From NCBI GenBank assembly GCA_963820335.1, contig CAWFZH010000008.1, forward strand, positions 38,181 to 102,180: a stretch of DNA of 64,000 bases, written 5' to 3'. Both the position numbers and the translations under genes were made by a program. Shown piece after piece: positions 20,288-29,544 of this stretch; the stretch's first letter is position 1; every line of letters starts with the position of its first letter. This DNA comes from an uncultured Actinomycetes bacterium. GTDB lineage: Bacteria > Actinomycetota > Thermoleophilia > Gaiellales > Gaiellaceae. Below the pieces are notes generated by a model that was not told where the DNA came from, searched no databases, and worked only from the letters and a program-made list of their open reading frames with translations.

Positions 20288-21603
20288 CTCTGTAGGAAGC
20301 TCGGCGGCTCGAGCACGTCCGAGTCGGCCGTCGTCATGGCTGGCTTCGGCCGCACTGTCTTGCTGCCGTCCAGCCCCGTCGCCACGACGGTCACCCAGAC
20401 CTGGCCGGTCAGCCGCTCGTCGATCGTCGCGCCGAAGATGATGTTCGTGTCCTCACGCGAGCCCCGGCGCACGACCTCGGCCGCCTCGTTTACCTCGTAG
20501 AGCGACAGGTCGTCGCCCCCGGCGATCGAGAGCAGGATGCCGCTGGCGCCGACCAGCTCGGTGTCGATGAGCGGTGACTGCAACGCCTTCTCGGCCGCCT
20601 CGACGGCGCGGTTCTCGCCGGTTGCGAACCCGATGCCCATCAGGGCCGTGCCCGCGTCCTTCATGATCGTCTTGACGTCGGCGAAGTCCAGGTTGATCAG
20701 GCCCGGCATCGTGATCAGGTCGGTGATGCCCTGGACACCCTGGCGCAGGACGTCGTCGGCGATGCGGAACGCGTCGAGCATCGAGGTCGAGCGGTCGAGC
20801 ACCTCGAGCAGGCGGTCGTTCGGAATCACGATCACCGTGTCGCAGTTCTCACGTAGCTCCGCGACGCCTTGATCGGCCTGGCCTTTGCGCTTCGTGCCTT
20901 CGAAATGGAACGGGAGCGTGACGATGCCGACCGTGAGCGCGCCGACCTCCCGCGAGATGCGTCCCACGATCGGGGCTGCGCCCGAGCCGGTGCCGCCGCC
21001 CTCGCCGGCCGTGACGAAGACCATGTCCGAGCCGCGCAGAGCGCGTTTGATCTGGTCGTAGGCTTCCTCAGCAGCGCGACGTCCGACGTCGATCGAGGCG
21101 CCGGAGCCGAGGCCCTGGGTCAGCTCGCGACCGATATGGATCTTCATGGGCGCGTCCGAGAGGGCGAGCTGCTGGATGTCCGTGTTGACGGCGACGAACT
21201 CGACGTCGGAGATGCCGGCGTCGATCATGCGGTTGACCGCGTTCAGGCCGGCCCCGCCCACGCCGACGACTCGGATGACCGCTAGGTACTGGCCGGGCTC
21301 GGCGCTCGGCGCCCTATGCAGGCGCGGCGCGGGCTCGGGCATCGTCTCATAGCGAGGTGTCTCGACCGGACGCAGCTCAGGGCGGCTCGGCTCCGGCTCT
21401 GGAGCTGCCTCGGCCTGGGGCTTCGGCGCTGGTTCCGGAACCTCTTCGAATGGCGGGGCGTGCTCGACCGTCTCTTCGAGCGGCTCGGCGGCGCGCGCCT
21501 GCTCTTCGTGCTCGCGCTCTACCTGGTGCCGCTGAGAAGCCTCCGTCGCGCGGAAGAGCTCCGCGAGCGGGCCCTCACGCATGCTGGCGCGCTTTCGAGC
21601 CAT
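20284..21603 (-). CDS. ftsZ: Cell division GTPase FtsZ with an unusually long (about 105 aa) N-terminal extension
   Basis: The [26 protein letters not shown] and NTDIQQL motifs are present, and the C-terminal peptide is [11 protein letters not shown]. The start is either ATG 21603 or Met8 at 21582, and it overlaps the parA-like 3' end. Confidence 0.9.
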   Translation of the reverse strand: MARKRASMREGPLAELFRATEASQRHQVEREHEEQARAAEPLEETVEHAPPFEEVPEPAPKPQAEAAPEPEPSRPELRPVETPRYETMPEPAPRLHRAPSAEPGQYLAVIRVVGVGGAGLNAVNRMIDAGISDVEFVAVNTDIQQLALSDAPMKIHIGRELTQGLGSGASIDVGRRAAEEAYDQIKRALRGSDMVFVTAGEGGGTGSGAAPIVGRISREVGALTVGIVTLPFHFEGTKRKGQADQGVAELRENCDTVIVIPNDRLLEVLDRSTSMLDAFRIADDVLRQGVQGITDLITMPGLINLDFADVKTIMKDAGTALMGIGFATGENRAVEAAEKALQSPLIDTELVGASGILLSIAGGDDLSLYEVNEAAEVVRRGSREDTNIIFGATIDERLTGQVWVTVVATGLDGSKTVRPKPAMTTADSDVLEPPSFLQS

Positions 21604-22408
21604 TGAGTACCTCCTTCGCGAGGTGGCGGTAGGCGTCGGCGGCGCTCCCGCTCGGGTCGTATTTGAGGATCGAGGAGCCCTTCACGGGCGCCTCCGCATA
21701 CCGGATCGTCTTCTTGATACGGGTGTTGAAGACCAGATCTCCGAAGTTCTCCTCGAGGATCTCGACCGCCTCGCGTGTGTGCAAGGTTCTACGGTCGAAC
21801 ATCGTCGGCAGGATCCCGACAATCGAGACGTGCGGGTTCAGGTTCTCGCGGATCATCGCGAGCGTGTTCTCGAGCTGGACGAGGCCGCGCAGCGACAGGT
21901 ACTCGCACTGCACGGGCACGATCACTCCGTCGGCGGCGACCAGCGCGTTGATCGTCAGCAGCCCGAGCGAGGGCGGCGTGTCGATGATGATGTAGTCGTA
22001 CTCGCCCTTCAGCGGCGCCAGCGCCTTCTCGAGCGCGCGCTCGCGTCCGATCATGCCCGACAGCGCGAGCTCCGCACCGGCGAGATCGATCGAGGAGACG
22101 GCGATGTCGATCTCGGTCTTGTGGATCACGTTCTCCATCGGCATCCGATTGACGAGCACGTCGTACATCGAGCGCTCGATCGAGTCGGGGTTCAGCCCCT
22201 GGCTCATCGTCAGGTTGCCCTGCGGGTCCATGTCGACGCAGAGCACGCGCAGCTCCTTCTCCGCGAGCGCGGCGGACAGGTTCAGCGCGGACGTCGTCTT
22301 GGCGACGCCGCCCTTCTGGTTTGCGAACGCGAGAACGCGCGCCGTTCGCGGCTCGTCGAGATCTTCCACCCGTGTTTGCGGGCGGGAAAGCAGGCGCGAA
22401 AGGCCCAT
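21575..22408 (-). CDS. ParA/Soj-type (deviant Walker A) ATPase, orphan (no parB nearby)
   Basis: The [13 protein letters not shown] deviant Walker A and the [10 protein letters not shown] and YAEAP motifs are present. The ATG at 22408 was chosen. Confidence 0.85.
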   Translation of the reverse strand: MGLSRLLSRPQTRVEDLDEPRTARVLAFANQKGGVAKTTSALNLSAALAEKELRVLCVDMDPQGNLTMSQGLNPDSIERSMYDVLVNRMPMENVIHKTEIDIAVSSIDLAGAELALSGMIGRERALEKALAPLKGEYDYIIIDTPPSLGLLTINALVAADGVIVPVQCEYLSLRGLVQLENTLAMIRENLNPHVSIVGILPTMFDRRTLHTREAVEILEENFGDLVFNTRIKKTIRYAEAPVKGSSILKYDPSGSAADAYRHLAKEVLNGSKARQHA

Positions 22409-22518
22409 TAGTGCTTCCGATTTCGACCGGTCGACGGACAGTCCTGCATCTACTCCATTGTGCAGCAAAACACGAGAGTGGAACAGGAATCCCCTGAATT
22501 TCGAGCGGGTTTTCGCTC

Positions 22519-22758
22519 TTAGCGGGCCGCGAGGGCGCGATCCGCGTCCCGCGCGCCTTCCACGAAGGCGTTCTGGGAGCGTGCCAGCGCGTCTTCTGCG
22601 GCCTCACCGGGACGGTCGGCCGCGACCCAGGCCTCGGCCTCCGAGAGGAGCTCGCGCACCTCGTCGAGCAGCACTCCCGCCGGCGCATCGGCCTGCTTGA
22701 GCGCGTCGATTCGCTCCAATCGGGTCAGCACTGCGCGGGCCTGGTCCATCGCTCTCAC
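22519..22758 (-). CDS. Small helical hypothetical protein (79 aa)
   Basis: The ORF is co-directional with the flanking genes. Its composition is Ala/Glu/Arg-rich and helical. No family was recognised. Confidence 0.4.
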   Translation of the reverse strand: MRAMDQARAVLTRLERIDALKQADAPAGVLLDEVRELLSEAEAWVAADRPGEAAEDALARSQNAFVEGARDADRALAAR

Positions 22759-22803
22759 GCTAGTCGCCGGACGCCTGAGCGAATGCGCCGAATTCGTAAC
22801 GTC

Positions 22804-23661
22804 TCAGCTCGCCAAGGCCTGCGCGGCGAACGACCCGGGCCGCGCGCGAACGCCGAGGAGCGATTCGTCCAGCGCCTCGATGAGCTTTGCGCGATTGCCG
22901 TGCGTGAGGGTCTCGACGATCGCGCGCCGCACTGCGTCGTCTGCGAGCGGAGGAGTCCGCGCCGACCCGAGCGTCCGCAGTGCCGTCAACAGCTCGGTTC
23001 GCTCGCGGCCGTTCTCGCCGAGCAGCACCCCCGCCCGGAGCGCCGAGGCCCAGAGCCCGTCGCCGCGGCCGAGCAGCGACTCGAGCGCCGAGCGCAGTTG
23101 CTCCGACCGGAAGGGGTCACCCTGGAAGAGCGACAGCTCCCAGCGGTCGAGGGCATCCGCGAGCTCGGAGTCGGCGTCGGCAGCAGGGAGCCGCGCGCGC
23201 AGAGCCCGCGCTAGGCCGCCGCGGAACGAGTCCAGCCGAATCGCCTCTCCCGGAGGCTGCGTCGCCGAGATCGGTAGCACGGGGCGAATGCCGTACGGCC
23301 GCCAGTCGAGGCGCTCGAAGATCACGGGGCCGGCGGCGATCGCCCCGGCGGTCGCCAGTCGGAGCGCGGTCACGGCGTCGGCGAGCTCGCCCGGAGCGTC
23401 CGGTGGCGACGAGCCGCCCGCCGGCAGAGCGTGCTCCAGCTCCAGCACGCACATGCGGTCCATCTCGCGACCGAAATCTGGGGGTGCGAGCCGTGCCCCG
23501 TCCGGCCAGCTCGTGCGCAACTCGTTGTCTGCGGCCGGCCGAACACGAACGCCGCCGCCGAGGTCAACAGCGCTGCCGGCCTCGAGACCGATGAGTGGCG
23601 CGACTGCCGCGTAGCGCCGCTCATTCCCGAAGAGCGTCTCCTCGAGCGCGCGCGTAGGCAC
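22804..23661 (-). CDS. Hypothetical protein (possibly the C-terminal part of a gene split from 23621..24052)
   Basis: The composition looks coding from about VPTRALEETLFGNERRY onward, and upstream residues of the ORF look out of frame. A GTG at 23661 overlaps the upstream ORF by 41 nt. Confidence 0.5.
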   Translation of the reverse strand: MPTRALEETLFGNERRYAAVAPLIGLEAGSAVDLGGGVRVRPAADNELRTSWPDGARLAPPDFGREMDRMCVLELEHALPAGGSSPPDAPGELADAVTALRLATAGAIAAGPVIFERLDWRPYGIRPVLPISATQPPGEAIRLDSFRGGLARALRARLPAADADSELADALDRWELSLFQGDPFRSEQLRSALESLLGRGDGLWASALRAGVLLGENGRERTELLTALRTLGSARTPPLADDAVRRAIVETLTHGNRAKLIEALDESLLGVRARPGSFAAQALAS

Positions 23662-24052
23662 GGTCGAACGCCGTGTCGTCCCAGTCGAACCCTCCGCAGG
23701 CATCGGCCGTATCCGCGACGAGCGGCAGCAGGACGGCGCGGAACAGCGCCTGGTCGGCGCCCATCTTCGATCCCGCGTGCGCGCGCGCGAAGATGGCGGC
23801 CGCCGGCTCACGGCGCAGCTCGTCGAGGGCGAGCCCGGTGTCGCTGAGCGCGAACAGCCGTCCAGAGCGGCTCTCGACGTAGTCGCGGGTCAGCGGCCGG
23901 TACTCGTAGAACGAGGGCCCGTTGCGAGTGGCGTGAGTGTCGAACGCGAACGGGAGCTCGTCGCCGCTCGCGAGCTCGCGCGTCAGGTAGGCGAAAGCGC
24001 CCAGGCAGAACCCGTGCAGGGATGAGTGGAGCTGCGGCGCGCGCACGCCCAT
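23621..24052 (-). CDS. Hypothetical protein (143 aa; possibly the N-terminal part of a split gene)
   Basis: The ATG at 24052 lies 8 nt downstream of the nei stop. The composition looks coding (FAFDTHATRNGPSFYEYRPLTRDY...). Confidence 0.5.
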   Translation of the reverse strand: MGVRAPQLHSSLHGFCLGAFAYLTRELASGDELPFAFDTHATRNGPSFYEYRPLTRDYVESRSGRLFALSDTGLALDELRREPAAAIFARAHAGSKMGADQALFRAVLLPLVADTADACGGFDWDDTAFDRAYARARGDALRE

Positions 24053-24060
24053 GCTCCTAG

Positions 24061-24819
24061 TTACGACCCTGGGGGTGCCGCTCCTTTCTGGCATTCGGGA
24101 CACCAGTACGCGATCCGGTTGTCGTCGCCCTGGCCCCGCGAGCGGATCGTCGTCCCGCAGCGGGAGCACGGGCGGCCGACACGACGGTAGGCGCCGCGCC
24201 CGCGGCCCTTTCCCTGTTCGAGCGAGCTGCGCATCTGGCGCTCCGCTTCGTGCAGCACCTCGAAGAGCTCGGGGTCGGAGACGTCGGCGAGCTTCCGCCA
24301 CGGCGAGACCCTGGCCGCCCAGAGCGCCTCGGCCTTCCAGAGGTTGCCGATCCCGGCCACCAGCCTCTGGTCGAGGAGCGCGTCGCCGACGGCGCGGCCC
24401 TGGTCGGCCAGGCGAAAGCGGGCCAGCATGGCGTCGAAGTCTGTAGGGACGGCGAGGATGTCGGGCCCGAGCCGACGGGTCCCGCGGCCGTGCAGCTCGA
24501 GGACGGGGCCGTTCCAGAGGACGGCTTCGCGCTCAGCGCCGCGGAGGACGAGCCACGGGCGACCACGTGAGCCGCCGTTCCGCGCCCGAACTTGCCAGCG
24601 TCCGCGCATGCGCAAATGGCTGCGGAGGACGAGGCCGCCCTCGAAGTGGAGCAGCAGGTTCTTCCCGACCGCCTCGACTCCCTCGAGCAGGCGACCGTCG
24701 AGCCGCTCCGGGAGTCGCTTGACCTGGGCCTGCGGGTGCGGAGTCTCGACCTCGACGCGCTCTCCGACGAGCACCTGCAGGCGGCGCGCCGCGCGGTGGA
24801 TCGCATCGCCCTCGGGCAT
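24061..24819 (-). CDS. nei: Fpg/Nei family DNA glycosylase (endonuclease VIII-like, Nei2 type)
   Basis: N-terminal MPEGDAIHR (catalytic Pro2). The C-terminal zinc finger is CSRCGTTI...YWCPECQ. Confidence 0.85.
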   Translation of the reverse strand: MPEGDAIHRAARRLQVLVGERVEVETPHPQAQVKRLPERLDGRLLEGVEAVGKNLLLHFEGGLVLRSHLRMRGRWQVRARNGGSRGRPWLVLRGAEREAVLWNGPVLELHGRGTRRLGPDILAVPTDFDAMLARFRLADQGRAVGDALLDQRLVAGIGNLWKAEALWAARVSPWRKLADVSDPELFEVLHEAERQMRSSLEQGKGRGRGAYRRVGRPCSRCGTTIRSRGQGDDNRIAYWCPECQKGAAPPGS

Positions 24820-24829
24820 GCTTCGAAGT

Positions 24830-25258
24830 ATGTCCTCGCGCGCTAGAGCAGCAGTGGCCGGAGCGGTTGCAGCCACGGTCTGGAGCGCGCTGGAGCCGAT
24901 CGACAAGCGCCTCTTCCGCTGCGACTACTCGGATGTCGCACTCCTGGGGAAGGCGTTCACGCGCGGGCCGGCTTGGCTGCCGCTCGGCCTCGCGATCCAC
25001 GCGGTGAACGGAGCGATCTTCGGGCTCGCGTACCACGAGGCCCGCCGCCGCGTCCCGATCGAGCCGCGTCGCCTGGCGCTCGGCATGGCGCTGGCCGAGC
25101 ACGTTGCCGTCTATCCCCTTTCGTTCTTCCTCGACCGCTACCACCCCGCGCGTGGGGAGCCGGGCGTGCCGCAGCTCCTCACCAACCCGAGAGCCTTCGG
25201 GCAGGCAACGGCGCGGCACGCGCTGTTCGGGTTGGTATTGGGCCGTCTGGCGCGTTAA
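24830..25258 (+). CDS. Small membrane protein, unknown function
   Basis: 142 aa with 3-4 hydrophobic segments and normal amino-acid composition. The start is ATG 24830 or 24818; the latter overlaps the divergent nei start codon. Confidence 0.5.
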   Translation: MSSRARAAVAGAVAATVWSALEPIDKRLFRCDYSDVALLGKAFTRGPAWLPLGLAIHAVNGAIFGLAYHEARRRVPIEPRRLALGMALAEHVAVYPLSFFLDRYHPARGEPGVPQLLTNPRAFGQATARHALFGLVLGRLAR

Positions 25259-28200
25259 GGACGCAGGACTGCGCGCCGCGGGCCGGCAAGGAAGCCCGCC
25301 TCGAGGAGGAGCGGCATCAGGTCCGTCTCCCCCACCGGCTCGCCGTTGAAGCGCTCGACTGCCAGCCGCTTGCCGCGGCCGGTCTTCACCCGCTCCACGA
25401 GCGCGGCCAGCGCCGGCCGCAGCCAGCTCTCGTCGGGCTCGCGCAAGGAGACGATCGAGCGGCCTCCGCGCTCGACGAAGAGCGCCGGCTCGCCTCCGAG
25501 CAGGACGACCTGTGCACCTGCGACCCGCGCGGCCCGCCCGCCGGCCTCCTTCGGCCACGGCAAGGCTGCGCCGTAGGGCTGAGCCGGGTCGGCCGCGGCG
25601 ATGACCAGCGGCTCGGGCTCCTCGTCTTCGGCCGGCCGGAGCTCGCGCAGGCGCTCGACGGCTCCGCCGAGCGCGAACTGGGCGCCTCCGAGCCCCTCGA
25701 CGAAGTAACCGCGGCGGCAGAGCCCGAGCGTCTCGAGCGCGCGCAGCTCGCCGTAGACGGCTCCGTAGCCGCCGGGGATCCCTTCCGCGCGCACGCCGTC
25801 GCGCGTGACGATGCCCTGCCGCTCCAGCAACAGCTCGGCCAGCGCCCGGCGGTCGGGACCTGTCCTGGGGACTGTCCCCGAGTCGTGTCCGAAAAGGCGC
25901 TGCGTCTGCGACCAGCGGCCCTGGGTCGCCGTCACGGCCTGAGCGCGGCGGCGCGAGAAACGGCGAGGGCGACGCTGAGCTTGCGGGACCCCGTAGCGGC
26001 GGCCCGCTCGCAGGGGCGTCCACGCGTCGTTCGTGACCTCCCCGGCCCAGACGAGATCCCAGAGCGCAGGCAATGCCTGCTCGGCTTCGAGCTCGGTCGC
26101 GGTCAGCAGGTCGAACCAGAACTCGGCGCCGCGCGCGAGCACGTCGCGGATCCGGTCGTGATCCTCGCCTTCCGGCTTGTCGGCACCGGCCGGCTGGCCA
26201 AGCACGGGCGCGTCCTCACGGAAGAACACGGCGACTCGATCGAGGCCGGCGCCGACCCAGACCAGCTCGCCCGAGGCGCACAGCTGGTCCAGCTGCCCCG
26301 GCGAGTAGCCGGGCACCCGCCGCGGCAGCACGTCGCTCTCCCAGAGCTTGACCGGGAGCGGCAGGCCCTGCAGCGGAACGAGCGCCTCGCGAAGAGTCGC
26401 GCGGCGGTCGACGCCGTGCCAGCTCGGCAGGAAACGGCCGAGAGTCGCCTGCTCGGCGGGCTCGACCTCGCGGCGCAGCGCGGCCAGCGATGCGCGTCGC
26501 AGTCGCCGCAGCACCTCGACGTCGCACCACTCGCGCTCCGTGCCCCCCGGTCGCAACTCCCCACGGACGAGCTTGTCCTCGCGCTCGAGCACCCTGAGCT
26601 CTTCCTCCGCCCGCGACTCGTCGATCGCGAAGCGACCGGCGATCTGGCCGGTGGTGAAGGGCCCGCGCGAGCGGGCGAATCGTGCGAGGAGCGAGCGGAG
26701 TGCGTCCTCGACGGGCTCCAGGAATGCGTCCGGGAGCCCGCTCGGCGGCATCACGCCCAGGGCGTCGCGGTACCGGCCGGCGTCCTCCACCGCTGCGAGC
26801 CGGTCCTCGCCGCCGATGCGGACCGTGATCGCCCGCCGCTCGCGCAGGAGCTCATCCGCCCATTGCGGGTTGTACTCATCGGAGCGCAGGTCGCCGGTGC
26901 GGCGCAGGACGTCGTGCAGCTCGTCCGGGTTGCGGGGGTTGCCTCGCAGCTGCGCCTCGACTTCCTCGAGCGCGCCCGGGTCGATCAGGTCGCGAAGCTC
27001 CTCCTGCCCCAGCAGCTCCTTCAGCAGGTCGCGGTCGAGCGACAGAGCCTGGGCGCGCCGCTCCGCGGGCGGGGTGTCGTCCTCGTACATGTAGTTGGCC
27101 ACGTAGTCGAAGAGCAGCGAGGTCGAGTACGGAGAGGCCGAGGCCGTTTCGACGTCGACCAGGTCGAGCTGCCGCGTCTTCAGCCCGGTGAGCAGCCGCT
27201 TCAGCGCCGGGAGGTCGAAGACGTCCTGCAGGCACTCGCGGTAGGTCTCGAGGATGATCGGGAACGAGCCGTACTTGCGCGCCACCTGCAGCAGGCCCTG
27301 CGCCTTCAGCCGCTGCTGCCAGAGCGGGGTCCGCTCGCCGGGACGACGGCGCGGGATCAGCAGGGCCCGAGCAGCGTTCTCCCTGAACCTCGAGCCGAAG
27401 AGCGCGCTACCGCCGAGCTCAGTGGTAACGATCTCCTCGATCTCCAGCGGGTCGATGACGAGCTCCTCGATCGGCGGCGTCGAGTCGGAGTCGGGAAGAT
27501 GGATCGCGATCCCGTCGTCCGACCAGAGCGACTGCACCTCGAGGCCGAGCGAGTCGCGCAGGCGGGCGCCGAGCGCGAGCGCCCAGGGCGCATGCACACG
27601 GGCGCCGAACGGCGTGAGGATGCAGACCCGCCAGTCGCCGATCTCGTCCTTGAACCGCTCGATGACGACGGTGCGATCAGACGGGACGGCACCGGTCGCC
27701 GCCTGCTGGTCGCTGAGAAAGGTCAGCAGGTTCCGGGCAGCCTGCTCGTCGAGCGAGTGATCCTTCGTCAGCCGCTCGAGAGCTTTCTTCTCGGGCAAGG
27801 CGCCCAGCTCACGCGAGGCCTTGCCGATCTGCTCCCCGAGCTCGTACGGGCGGCCGGGCCCCTCCCCCTTCCAGAACGGGATCGCGCCCGGCACTCCCGG
27901 TGCCGGCGAGACGAGCACCCGGTCGCGGGTGATCTCCTCGATGCGCCAGGTCGACGCGCCGAGCATGAAGGTCTGGCCGGCGCGCGCCTCGTAGACCATC
28001 TCCTCGTCGAGCTCGCCCACGCGGCCGCCACCGTCGACGAGGTGAACGCCGTAGAGACCGCGGTCGGGAATCGTGCCCGCGTTCGTGACCGCGAGCCTGC
28101 GCGCGCCGCCGCGCCCGCGGATGACGCCTGCGGTGCGGTCCCACACGATGCGCGGCCGCAGCTCGGCGAACTCATCGGAGGGGTAGCGGCCCGCGAGCAT

Positions 28201-29529
28201 GTCGAGGACGTTCTCGAGCTGGACGCGGGAGAGGTCCGAGAAGTTGTAGGCGCCCCGGACTAGCTGGTGCAGCTCGTCGACCGAGATCTCCTCGTCGGCG
28301 CACACGGCCACGATCTGCTGGGCAAGCACGTCCAGCGGGTTGCGCGGGATGACTGTCTCCTCGATCGCGCCCGCCTTCATCCGCTCGACGACGACGGCCG
28401 ACTCGAGCAGGTCCGCGCGGTACTTCGGGAAGATGCGCCCCCGCGAGACGGCACCCAGCTCGTGTCCCGCCCGGCCCACGCGCTGCAGGCCTCGGGCGAC
28501 CGACTTCGGCGACTCGACCTGGATGACGAGGTCGACGGCGCCCATATCGATGCCGAGCTCGAGCGACGACGTGGCGACGAGGCACGGGATCTCGCCCTTC
28601 TTGAGCAGCTCCTCGACCTCGACCCGCTGCTCGCGGGCCAGCGAGCCGTGGTGAGCCCTGGCGATTTCGTTCTCGGCCAGTTCGTTCAATCTCAGCGCGA
28701 GCCGCTCGGCGAGGCGGCGGTTGTTGACGAAGACGATCGTCGACCGATGCTCCTGGACGAGCTTCAGGACTTCCGGGTAGATCGACGGCCAGATCGATCC
28801 CTGCTCGCCCGGCTCGCGCATGTCCTCGAGCGGCACGACGACCTCGAGGTCGAGCTCCTTCGCCCGGCCTGCGTCGACGAGTTGGATCGGCCTCCCGCCC
28901 GAGACGAAGCGCCCGATCTCCTCCATCGGCCGCTGCGTGGCCGACAGGCCGACCCTCTGGACAGGTCCTGGGGACTGTCCCCTGGACATGGTCATGCGGT
29001 CCAGGCGCTCTACGGACACGGCCATGTGCGCGCCCCGCTTCGTGCCCGCCACCGCGTGCACCTCGTCGAGGATCAGGGTCTGGACGCTCGCGAGCATCTC
29101 GCGGGCGCGCGACGTGAGCATCAGGTAGAGCGACTCCGGGGTCGTGATCAGGATGTCGGGATGCTCGCGAAGCATCGCGGCGCGCTCCTTCTGCGACGTA
29201 TCCCCGGTGCGGACGGACACGCGCAGCTCGCTCTGGAGCCCCGCCAGCGGGCCGCGCAGGTTCCGCTCGATGTCGTAATTCAGCGCCTTCAGCGGCGACA
29301 CGTAGAGGAGTCGCAGCCCTTCGCCCGGCTCGGCGGTCAGCCGGTCGATCCCGTAGAGGAACGCGGCGAGCGTCTTGCCCGAGCCGGTCGGCGCCTGGAT
29401 CAGCGTGTGCTGGCCGCTGGCGATCGCGGGCCAGCCCTGCTCCTGCGCGGGGGTGGGACCGTCGAACGTCCTCTCGAACCATTCGCGAGTCGCAGGGGTG
29501 AACACGGACAGCGCACCCACGCTGTCCAA
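25255..29529 (-). CDS. lhr: Lhr-type large ATP-dependent (DEAH) helicase
   Basis: The 1424-aa protein carries APTGSGKTLAAF, DEVH and VATSSLELGIDMG helicase motifs. The long C-terminal extension is typical of Lhr. Confidence 0.9.
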   Translation of the reverse strand: MDSVGALSVFTPATREWFERTFDGPTPAQEQGWPAIASGQHTLIQAPTGSGKTLAAFLYGIDRLTAEPGEGLRLLYVSPLKALNYDIERNLRGPLAGLQSELRVSVRTGDTSQKERAAMLREHPDILITTPESLYLMLTSRAREMLASVQTLILDEVHAVAGTKRGAHMAVSVERLDRMTMSRGQSPGPVQRVGLSATQRPMEEIGRFVSGGRPIQLVDAGRAKELDLEVVVPLEDMREPGEQGSIWPSIYPEVLKLVQEHRSTIVFVNNRRLAERLALRLNELAENEIARAHHGSLAREQRVEVEELLKKGEIPCLVATSSLELGIDMGAVDLVIQVESPKSVARGLQRVGRAGHELGAVSRGRIFPKYRADLLESAVVVERMKAGAIEETVIPRNPLDVLAQQIVAVCADEEISVDELHQLVRGAYNFSDLSRVQLENVLDMLAGRYPSDEFAELRPRIVWDRTAGVIRGRGGARRLAVTNAGTIPDRGLYGVHLVDGGGRVGELDEEMVYEARAGQTFMLGASTWRIEEITRDRVLVSPAPGVPGAIPFWKGEGPGRPYELGEQIGKASRELGALPEKKALERLTKDHSLDEQAARNLLTFLSDQQAATGAVPSDRTVVIERFKDEIGDWRVCILTPFGARVHAPWALALGARLRDSLGLEVQSLWSDDGIAIHLPDSDSTPPIEELVIDPLEIEEIVTTELGGSALFGSRFRENAARALLIPRRRPGERTPLWQQRLKAQGLLQVARKYGSFPIILETYRECLQDVFDLPALKRLLTGLKTRQLDLVDVETASASPYSTSLLFDYVANYMYEDDTPPAERRAQALSLDRDLLKELLGQEELRDLIDPGALEEVEAQLRGNPRNPDELHDVLRRTGDLRSDEYNPQWADELLRERRAITVRIGGEDRLAAVEDAGRYRDALGVMPPSGLPDAFLEPVEDALRSLLARFARSRGPFTTGQIAGRFAIDESRAEEELRVLEREDKLVRGELRPGGTEREWCDVEVLRRLRRASLAALRREVEPAEQATLGRFLPSWHGVDRRATLREALVPLQGLPLPVKLWESDVLPRRVPGYSPGQLDQLCASGELVWVGAGLDRVAVFFREDAPVLGQPAGADKPEGEDHDRIRDVLARGAEFWFDLLTATELEAEQALPALWDLVWAGEVTNDAWTPLRAGRRYGVPQAQRRPRRFSRRRAQAVTATQGRWSQTQRLFGHDSGTVPRTGPDRRALAELLLERQGIVTRDGVRAEGIPGGYGAVYGELRALETLGLCRRGYFVEGLGGAQFALGGAVERLRELRPAEDEEPEPLVIAAADPAQPYGAALPWPKEAGGRAARVAGAQVVLLGGEPALFVERGGRSIVSLREPDESWLRPALAALVERVKTGRGKRLAVERFNGEPVGETDLMPLLLEAGFLAGPRRAVLRP

Positions 29530-29544
29530 TCTAGCGATGCCGCG

